A stretch of DNA of 64,000 nt, from contig JBJMVQ010000040.1 of the NCBI GenBank assembly GCA_045810625.1, positions 51,904 through 115,903 on the forward strand, given 5' to 3'. The position numbers and the translations under genes were made by a program. Source of the stretch: Sulfurifustis sp. (GTDB lineage: Bacteria; Pseudomonadota; Gammaproteobacteria; Acidiferrobacterales; Sulfurifustaceae). Positions 57,362-64,000 of this stretch are shown piece after piece (positions within the stretch are counted from its first letter, which is position 1; each line of letters opens with the position of its first letter). The notes under the pieces are model-generated. The model made no database searches, had not been told where the DNA came from, and saw only the letters and a program-made list of their open reading frames with translations.

Positions 57362-58824
57362 ACGGTTCCCTCCGCCGGTAGCGTGCCGGGCCGATCGTCG
57401 GCGAGGGCGGGCACCGGACGCTTCGCGCCGGGCGGCGCAACCGCGGCGCCGCTGTCTCGCCGTCGGCACGGGTTGCGCCAACCGCCGTTGCCGTTGATCC
57501 GCTCAGCGTCGGGAGGTCCCCACGTATGGGGCAGGTACTCGACGGGTGGCGGCGCGTTTTTCAGAATCGGCTCGACGACACGCCACGCGGCCTCCACGCA
57601 GTCGGCGCGGGTGAAGAGCGAACCGTCTCCGCGCAGCGCATCACCGAGCAGGCGTTCATACGGCGTCATGGCATCGCCCGATTGTTCATCGACGATCAGC
57701 TCGGCGTCTTTGCCTGCCATGGCTTCGCCGGGCGCCTTGATTCGTGCCCCGAGTGCGATAAGCGCATCCGGGCTGAGTCGAAAGCGAAAGTAATTCGGTT
57801 CGCTCGATTTCAAATCGTCGAAAACGATTTGCCTGGGTTGCTTGAGCTCGACCACGACTTCGGTGGCCGTAACGGGAAGTTGCTTGCCGGCGCGAATGTA
57901 GAACGGGACGCCCGCCCAGCGCTGCGTATCGATGAGCAATCGCAGCGCGACGAACGTCTCGACTTGCGAATTTGCCGACACCCCGGCTTCATCGCGATAC
58001 CCGCGAAACTGCCCGCGCACGACGTCTTGGTGGGCCAGCGGCCGTATCGCGCCGAAGATTCGCCGCTTCTCGTCATGCATGGCATCCGCGCTGGCGTTGG
58101 CCGGCGGCTCCATCGTGAGCAGCGCAATGACCTGCAACACGTGATTCTGCACCACGTCGCGGACCGTCCCGACCTCTTCATAAAAACGTCCCCGGCCCTG
58201 CACGCCGAAATTTTCGGCCATGGTGATCTGCACGCTCGCGATGTAGTCGCGATTCCAGATCGGTTCCAGAAAGGCATTCGCGAAGCGAAAGTAGAGCAGA
58301 TTTTCAACCGGCTCCTTGCCGAGGTAGTGATCGATGCGAAACACCGAAGTCTCGGGGAAAACGGCGTGAAGCGCCCGGTTGAGCGAGCGCGCCGAGGCAA
58401 GGTCTCGGCCGAAAGGTTTCTCGACGATCACGCGGGCGTTCTTGGCGCAGCCCGACCGCGCCAATCCCGTGATCACGGCGTCGAACAGGCTGGGCGGGAT
58501 CGCGAGGTAGTGCAATGGCCGCTCGGCGTTGCCGAGCGCTTGGCGCAAGCGGTCGTAGGTCGACGGGTCGTTGTAGTCGCCGCTGATGTACTGCACTCGG
58601 GCGCAGAGCGTTGCAAACGCGCCGGCATCCAGAACGCCATGCCGCTCCAAGCTGTCGCGCATGCGTGCGATAAATTGCGCGTTCGTCCACGGAGACTTCG
58701 CCACACCGACGATCCGCGTTTCGAGACGACCGCGTCGAGTTAGCGCCTGAAGCGCCGGAAAAATCTGCTTGTACGCCAAATCGCCGCTGGCGCCGAAGAA
58801 GACGAAGGCGTCCGCCGGCGTCAT
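57358..58824 (-). CDS. zwf: Glucose-6-phosphate 1-dehydrogenase
   Basis: 488 aa. NADP-binding FGASGDLA and RIDHYLGKE signature. Confidence 0.9.
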   Translation of the reverse strand: MTPADAFVFFGASGDLAYKQIFPALQALTRRGRLETRIVGVAKSPWTNAQFIARMRDSLERHGVLDAGAFATLCARVQYISGDYNDPSTYDRLRQALGNAERPLHYLAIPPSLFDAVITGLARSGCAKNARVIVEKPFGRDLASARSLNRALHAVFPETSVFRIDHYLGKEPVENLLYFRFANAFLEPIWNRDYIASVQITMAENFGVQGRGRFYEEVGTVRDVVQNHVLQVIALLTMEPPANASADAMHDEKRRIFGAIRPLAHQDVVRGQFRGYRDEAGVSANSQVETFVALRLLIDTQRWAGVPFYIRAGKQLPVTATEVVVELKQPRQIVFDDLKSSEPNYFRFRLSPDALIALGARIKAPGEAMAGKDAELIVDEQSGDAMTPYERLLGDALRGDGSLFTRADCVEAAWRVVEPILKNAPPPVEYLPHTWGPPDAERINGNGGWRNPCRRRDSGAAVAPPGAKRPVPALADDRPGTLPAEGTV

Positions 58825-59855
58825 CGTCGCGCCTCCGCGCTACGAGTTGCGGTTTCCGCGTGCCCGCCGAACTCTCGCCGCATTGCCGACAATACCCGAT
58901 CGGCAAAGTCCGCATTGCCGCGCGAGTTGAAGCGCTCATAAAGCGCCGCGCTAAGGACCGGAGCCGGCACGCCCTCATCGATGGCAGCCGCTATCGTCCA
59001 CCGCCCTTCGCCGGAGTCCGCCACGTGGCCCGCGTAGTTTGTCAAACCGGGATCATTGAAAAGCGCTAGCGCGGTTAGATCGAGCAACCAGGAGCCGACC
59101 ACGCTACCGCGACGCCACACTTCTGCGATCTCGGGCAGATCGAAGTCATATCGGTAATATTCCGGGTCCCGCAGCGGGGTCGTCTCGGCATCGTTACGGC
59201 GCGATTGAGCGCCGGCATTGGCGTTACGCAAGATGTTCAGCCCCTCGGCGAATGCCGCCATGACGCCGTACTCGATCCCGTTATGGATCATCTTGACGAA
59301 GTGTCCAGCGCCGTGCGGCCCACAATGCAGGTAGCCTTGTTCGGCTGTCCCCTCGCGCCGTTGCCGGCCGGGTGTGCGCGGCGCGGCATCGATGCCGGGC
59401 GCGAGCGTTGAAAAAATGGGGGAAAGATATTTCACGATTCGCGTCTCGCCGCCGATCATCAAGCAGTACCCGCGATCGAGTCCCGCGACGCCACCGCTGG
59501 TTCCAACGTCGACGTAGTGCACGTGCCGGGATTTCAGCTCCGTGGCACGCCGAATATCGTCGCGATAATGGGAATTGCCGCCATCGACGACGATGTCACC
59601 GGCGTCGAGAAACGGTACCAACGTTGCTAGCGCTTGATCGACCCGCGCCGCGGGCAGCATGAGCCACACCGTGCGCGGTTTGGTCAGCCGGGCGACGAGC
59701 GCCTCGAGGGACGCCGCCCCGACCGCCTGTTGCACAGCCAGTTTTTCCACGGCGCTGGCGCGCACGTCATACACCACGCATTCGTGGCCGCCCTTCATGA
59801 GACGTCGCGCCATGCTGGCGCCCATCCGTCCCAACCCAATCAGCCCGAGTTGCAT
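58821..59855 (-). CDS. gnd: 6-phosphogluconate dehydrogenase (decarboxylating), short-chain type
   Basis: ORF trimmed to ATG 59855 ([12 protein letters not shown] Rossmann motif). Confidence 0.85.
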   Translation of the reverse strand: MQLGLIGLGRMGASMARRLMKGGHECVVYDVRASAVEKLAVQQAVGAASLEALVARLTKPRTVWLMLPAARVDQALATLVPFLDAGDIVVDGGNSHYRDDIRRATELKSRHVHYVDVGTSGGVAGLDRGYCLMIGGETRIVKYLSPIFSTLAPGIDAAPRTPGRQRREGTAEQGYLHCGPHGAGHFVKMIHNGIEYGVMAAFAEGLNILRNANAGAQSRRNDAETTPLRDPEYYRYDFDLPEIAEVWRRGSVVGSWLLDLTALALFNDPGLTNYAGHVADSGEGRWTIAAAIDEGVPAPVLSAALYERFNSRGNADFADRVLSAMRREFGGHAETATRSAEARR

Positions 59856-59874
59856 CTTAAGCCTCCGCCTGGAG

Positions 59875-60846
59875 TCACATACTCTGTTGTCGAACCGTTT
59901 CGCCGGATCGAGGATGGCGCACGTCATCGTAGGGAGCGGCGTGGATCAGGCCTTTCGCGAGGAGACTTCCGCCAAGAGCGCAGAAATAAAGATAACCGCG
60001 GCGATCGCCGAAGCGCTCGATAACGCGGCCAAGCGATGTGCGTGGGCTCAGACGCAACAACGCACGCAACCCGCGCTCGGCGCCAACGTCCCCCGGCGGG
60101 AACACGTCGATGCGACCGAGCCCGCGAAGCAGCACGAGCGCCGCGCTCCACGGTCCGATGCCCGGCAGATCGACGAGGCGTCTGAGCGCATCCGGCGTAC
60201 TCATGCCGACAAGCTCTGCTTCGCTCAGCGTGCCCGAGGTAATTATGCGAGCGAGATAACTCAGCGTTTGAGCTTTTTGCGCGCTCAGGCCGCATGACTG
60301 CAGCCGCTCGAGATGCGCAACGGCAATGCGCTGCGCTGCGGGGAACGCGTAGTAACGGCGCCCCTCGCGCTCGATCGACTCGCCGAATCGCTCGACCAGT
60401 CGTCCGACGATGGCGACGCCCGCGTCCAAACTCAGCTGCTGAAACGGAACCACGCTCGCGAAGGTCTCGAACAGATCGGCGAAACGCGGCGGCCGCATGC
60501 CGCGCAGCGCGAGAAGCGTAGATCGAAACGGTTGCCCGGCGTCGGCAAAGTGCGTTAGGCGTTCCGGATCGATATCCAAACCTAGTATCTTTCGCACCGC
60601 TTGACGCACGCACTGCTCCGTCGCCGCCGATACGTCGCCGCGGAAGGCGCAGCGAACGTCGGGGCGGTCGATCGTGCCGTGATTTTCCACCTCGACAAGT
60701 ACCGGATTCTTCGCCGTCGCGAACGCTCGCAGATAGCGGCCCTGTTCCCAGACGTCGACCCGGTTCGACAGCCGCCGCTGCAGCACGCGCACGGTCGCCT
60801 CGAGATGGAACGGCGCCCGCGTGCCGAGGGCCGACCGCCGCGTCAT
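59875..60846 (-). CDS. alkA: DNA-3-methyladenine glycosylase II (AlkA-like, HhH-GPD)
   Basis: ORF trimmed to ATG 60846. HhH-GPD motif LPGIGPWSAALVLLRGLGRIDVFPPGDVG. Confidence 0.7.
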   Translation of the reverse strand: MTRRSALGTRAPFHLEATVRVLQRRLSNRVDVWEQGRYLRAFATAKNPVLVEVENHGTIDRPDVRCAFRGDVSAATEQCVRQAVRKILGLDIDPERLTHFADAGQPFRSTLLALRGMRPPRFADLFETFASVVPFQQLSLDAGVAIVGRLVERFGESIEREGRRYYAFPAAQRIAVAHLERLQSCGLSAQKAQTLSYLARIITSGTLSEAELVGMSTPDALRRLVDLPGIGPWSAALVLLRGLGRIDVFPPGDVGAERGLRALLRLSPRTSLGRVIERFGDRRGYLYFCALGGSLLAKGLIHAAPYDDVRHPRSGETVRQQSM

Positions 60847-61274
60847 TGCGGACGAAGCCTGGCTTCGAGCGTGATCTCGGTGCCGGCGAGTGCTTTGGAT
60901 ACGGGACAGTTCGCCTTGGCGTTCTCCGCGTGCCGCTCGAACGTCGGCGCGTCGATGCTCGGTACACTGGCCTCGCACACCAGATGGCTCTTCGCTATCT
61001 GAAAACCGCCATCGTGCGGCCTGATCGTGACGTGGGCGGTGGCATCGACATAGCGCGGTTCAAAACCGGCTTCGCTCAAAATCAACGACAGCGCCATGGC
61101 GAAGCAGCTCGCGTGGGAGGCGCCCAACAGCTCTTCTGGATTCGTACCGCGGCCGTCCTCGAAGCGCGAGGCAAACGAATACGGACCTTTGAACATACCG
61201 CGCCCGAAGTCGACCGTGCCGGCTCCGTTCTTCAGATTTCCTTCCCAACGTGCGTGCGCTTGTCGTGTGGCCAT
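60843..61274 (-). CDS. osmC: OsmC/Ohr-family peroxiredoxin
   Basis: 143 aa. Two conserved Cys (HASCFAMAL ... CPVSKAL). Confidence 0.8.
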   Translation of the reverse strand: MATRQAHARWEGNLKNGAGTVDFGRGMFKGPYSFASRFEDGRGTNPEELLGASHASCFAMALSLILSEAGFEPRYVDATAHVTIRPHDGGFQIAKSHLVCEASVPSIDAPTFERHAENAKANCPVSKALAGTEITLEARLRPQ

Positions 61275-61301
61275 GATCGCTCCTTGGGTCGATATGTTCC
61301 T

Positions 61302-61697
61302 TCAGATCCTTCGCGACGATGCGTTCGTCCGTTTACTTCGCGGAGGCGTGCGGCTCCGTGCGGTGAGATAGTCACGCAGAACCCGGGCGCCGTTGTGTTC
61401 CATATCGCGAGCGCTATAGAGCAGCGTTACCGTGCCGCGTTTACTGGCATCGAGGATCGGCTGCCACGCACGGGGATTCGCGCTCAGCTCTTTCTTGTAG
61501 CGCCGCTGGAACTCGTCCCAGCGCTCCACGCGGTGATCGAACCACTGCCGCAGTTCCGTGCTCGGCGCGACCTCCTTCACCCAGGCGTCCGCGTCGAGAT
61601 CCTCTTTCTTTATGCCGCGCGGCCACAGACGCTCAACGAGGATCCGTCGGCCATCTCCGCGGGCGCCCGCTTCATACGTGCGCTTGATGCGAATCAT
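61302..61697 (-). CDS. DUF488-family protein
   Basis: 131 aa. [10 protein letters not shown]-terminus typical of DUF488/YeaO-like. Confidence 0.65.
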   Translation of the reverse strand: MIRIKRTYEAGARGDGRRILVERLWPRGIKKEDLDADAWVKEVAPSTELRQWFDHRVERWDEFQRRYKKELSANPRAWQPILDASKRGTVTLLYSARDMEHNGARVLRDYLTARSRTPPRSKRTNASSRRI

Positions 61698-64000
61698 GAT
61701 GCTCCTTTTGCGGCGTCGTGCGGTCTGGGTTCGTCAGTAGTTGCTTCAGCACGTAGGGCAGAATGCCACCCGCCGCGTAGTAGGCTGCCTCGATCGGCGT
61801 GTCGATCCGTACGAGAAGATTTATCGAATCGCGCCGACCGCCGCGGCGCTCGATGTGCAACGTGGCCGAGTCGCGCGGCTGCACGCTTTCGGAAAGCAGC
61901 AGGTTGAAGCGCTCCGTGCCGTCGAGCCCGAGCGCTTCGGCGCTCACACCTTCGGGGAACTGGCACGGCAATATCCCCATGCCGATGAGATTCGAACGAT
62001 GAATGCGCTCGAAGCCGCGGGCGACCACCACACGGACACCGAGCAGGCGCGGACCTTTGGCCGCCCAGTCGCGGGAGCTGCCGGCGCCGTAGTCTTCTCC
62101 CGCGATCACGATCAGCGGCACGCCTTCCGCGCGATAACGTTCCGCGGCGTCGAAGATGGTCATCGTCTCGCCGTCCGGTTGATGCCGCGTCATGCCGCCT
62201 TCGATGCCGGGCGCCATGAGATTGCGGATGCGAACGTTGGCGAACGTTCCGCGCACCATGACCTCGTGATTGCCCCGGCGCGCGCCGTAACTGTTGAGGT
62301 CCGCTGCGGCTACGTGGCGCTCGCGCAGATAAATACCCGCCGCCGATGACGGCTTGATCGCACCGGCCGGGCTGATGTGGTCGGTCGTGATGGAGTCGCC
62401 AAAGATCGCGAGCGCACGGGCCGCCGAAATACCGCCCGGCGGATACGCCGCCATCGACGCATCGAAATACGGCGGCTCGCGGATATAGAGCGATGAGGGC
62501 TGCCATTCGTAGACGTCGCCCGCCCCCGCCGCTATCTCGTTCCACAGCGGGTTCTGGTTCGCGAAATCGCCGTAGACCCGCCGGTACTCGGCCGGATCGA
62601 ACGCGCTCGCGATCAATGCCTCGATGTCCTGCAACGACGGCCACACGTCGCGCAGATAAACTTCGCGCCCTTCGACGACAGCGAGCGGCTCGCGGGTGAG
62701 ATCGATGTCGATTCGTCCCGCAATCGCGAAGGCCACGACCAGCGGCGGACTCATGAGGAAATTCGCCTTTACGCTCTGGTGAATCCGCGCTTCAAAGTTG
62801 CGGTTTCCGGACAATACGCTCGCGGCGATGATGTCGTTCTGGATGAGCGTATCCTCGATATCACGATCGAGCGGCCCGGAATTGCCGATGCATGTCGTGC
62901 AGCCGAATCCGACGACGTTGAACCCCAAGCGGTCGAGGAACGGTTGCAGTCCGGTCTTGTTCAGGTAATCGCTCACGACGCGCGAACCCGGGGCGAGCGA
63001 CGTCTTCACCCATGGCTGGACGCTCAGCCCGCGTTCGACGGCGTTCCTCGCCAGCAATCCGGCGGCGATCATTACTGCGGGATTCGAAGTGTTGGTGCAA
63101 GAGGTAATCGCGGCGATGACCACATCGCCATGTAACAGATCGCGCGTCGATCGCACCGTCGCCGCCGGCGCATGGCCGGATCGGTTAGGCGTCGGCCGGT
63201 TGTCCATCATCTCGACTTCGGTGAGCGTGCTGGTGTTCTTGGTGCGGCCGTTCGGCAGCGAATCGCCCGACTGCATGCCGCCGCCCGGAAACGGATCGCC
63301 CGCCGCTTCTTGCAACAACTGAAAGCGGCGCGCGACTTCGGCTTGCGGTTTGCCGTAACCGTCGCTCCGGGTGAGTAGCGTAAGAAACTGATCTTTGAGA
63401 CGGTCGAGCGGGATCCGGTCTTGCGGTCGCTTGGGGCCCGCCACTGAGGGCTCGATGGCGCCGAGGTCCACGTCGATCACGCTGCTGTAGTCGCACTGAC
63501 CCGAGGCCGGCATGCCGAACAATCCTTGCGCCTGGTAATAACGGCGCACGCGCTCGACGGCGGCTTCGCTACGACCGGTCGCGCGCAGATAACGGCAGGT
63601 CTGTTCGTCGACCGGGAAATAGCCGATTGTCGCGCCGTACTCCGGAGACATGTTGCCGAGCGTCGCCCGATCCGGTACCGATAGGCTCGCGGCGCCCTCG
63701 CCGTGAAATTCGACAAATTTGCCGACAACGTGGGCTTGCCGCAGTACTTCCGTAATCCGCAGAACCAGATCGGTGGCCGTCACCCCGTCGCGCAACCGGC
63801 CGTGCAGGTGCACGCCCACCACGTCGGGCAACAGCAGGTACACCGGTTGACCGAGCATCGCCGCCTCGGCTTCGATGCCACCGACCCCCCAGCCGACAAC
63901 GCCGAGTCCGTTTATCATCGGCGTATGCGAGTCGGTGCCGACCAGCGGGTCCGGATAGAGCAGGCCGTCCTTCTCGAGCACGCCGGACGCTAGAAACTCG
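61672..64000 (-). CDS. acnA: Aconitate hydratase A (3' portion; N-terminus lies beyond the window end)
   Basis: The frame is open to position 64000. Aconitase family domains 2-4 ([11 protein letters not shown], swivel domain). Confidence 0.85.
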   Translation of the reverse strand, partial: EFLASGVLEKDGLLYPDPLVGTDSHTPMINGLGVVGWGVGGIEAEAAMLGQPVYLLLPDVVGVHLHGRLRDGVTATDLVLRITEVLRQAHVVGKFVEFHGEGAASLSVPDRATLGNMSPEYGATIGYFPVDEQTCRYLRATGRSEAAVERVRRYYQAQGLFGMPASGQCDYSSVIDVDLGAIEPSVAGPKRPQDRIPLDRLKDQFLTLLTRSDGYGKPQAEVARRFQLLQEAAGDPFPGGGMQSGDSLPNGRTKNTSTLTEVEMMDNRPTPNRSGHAPAATVRSTRDLLHGDVVIAAITSCTNTSNPAVMIAAGLLARNAVERGLSVQPWVKTSLAPGSRVVSDYLNKTGLQPFLDRLGFNVVGFGCTTCIGNSGPLDRDIEDTLIQNDIIAASVLSGNRNFEARIHQSVKANFLMSPPLVVAFAIAGRIDIDLTREPLAVVEGREVYLRDVWPSLQDIEALIASAFDPAEYRRVYGDFANQNPLWNEIAAGAGDVYEWQPSSLYIREPPYFDASMAAYPPGGISAARALAIFGDSITTDHISPAGAIKPSSAAGIYLRERHVAAADLNSYGARRGNHEVMVRGTFANVRIRNLMAPGIEGGMTRHQPDGETMTIFDAAERYRAEGVPLIVIAGEDYGAGSSRDWAAKGPRLLGVRVVVARGFERIHRSNLIGMGILPCQFPEGVSAEALGLDGTERFNLLLSESVQPRDSATLHIERRGGRRDSINLLVRIDTPIEAAYYAAGGILPYVLKQLLTNPDRTTPQKEHHDSHQAHV

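Noticed and set aside
59875-61697. alkA-osmC-DUF488 as a dedicated stress or repair island
   Set aside because: These are three common housekeeping or stress genes that happen to be adjacent. There are no mobile-element signatures and GC content is uniform with the flanks.
1-64000. CRISPR array, rRNA genes, integrase/transposase, toxin-antitoxin pairs
   Set aside because: No regularly spaced repeat-spacer structure was seen. There are no rRNA-like conserved blocks. No protein has integrase, transposase or obvious TA signatures. The only tandem repeat is the 14-bp x5 array, which is not CRISPR-like.

Overview
This is a 64 kb window of high-GC (about 65-70%) bacterial chromosome. Long reverse-frame ORFs are common throughout because of the GC content. 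I divide the window into five regions.

(1) Positions 1-26104 are one about 26-kb minus-strand polysaccharide (EPS/capsule-type) biosynthesis and export operon. It begins with a NusG-like paralog and contains an outer-membrane barrel protein, a short Wza-like exporter, a Wzz/PCP chain-length determinant, a BY tyrosine kinase, a priming sugar transferase, a methyltransferase, a Wzy/O-antigen-ligase-like protein, two GT4 glycosyltransferases, an LLM oxidoreductase, a free-standing adenylation enzyme, an acyl carrier protein (ACP), several GNAT/FemAB-like transferases, a polysaccharide deacetylase, a Wzx flippase and an AsnB-type amidotransferase. It ends with a secreted Ig-like repeat protein and a heparinase II/III-like lyase. 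The gene content resembles exosortase/PEP-CTERM-associated EPS loci, but no exosortase is present in the window.

(2) Positions 26450-30317 lie directly upstream on the same strand. They encode a stressosome-type module (RsbR, RsbS, RsbT and an RsbX-like PP2C phosphatase) fused into an operon with a histidine kinase and a NarL-family response regulator. The kinase carries an N-terminal extension that may be RsbU-N-like.

(3) Positions 30.3-34.8 kb form an AT-richer divergent region with small or secreted hypothetical proteins and an HD-GYP phosphodiesterase.

(4) Positions 34960-44973 are an island bounded by 44-bp direct repeats that look like the 3' half of a tRNA-Lys. It carries a low-GC DUF3857/transglutaminase-like secreted protein and a dense array of about 27 tRNA or tRNA-like genes, some canonical and several noncanonical or fragmentary. 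Embedded in the array are an SPFH protein, the RNA ligase RtcB and an HNH endonuclease.

(5) Positions 45.2-64 kb are a minus-strand housekeeping cluster: glgX, glgP, pgm, tkt, pgi, tal, a HAD hydrolase, zwf, gnd, alkA, osmC, a DUF488 protein and the 3' part of acnA.

No CRISPR array, rRNA gene or integrase was seen.
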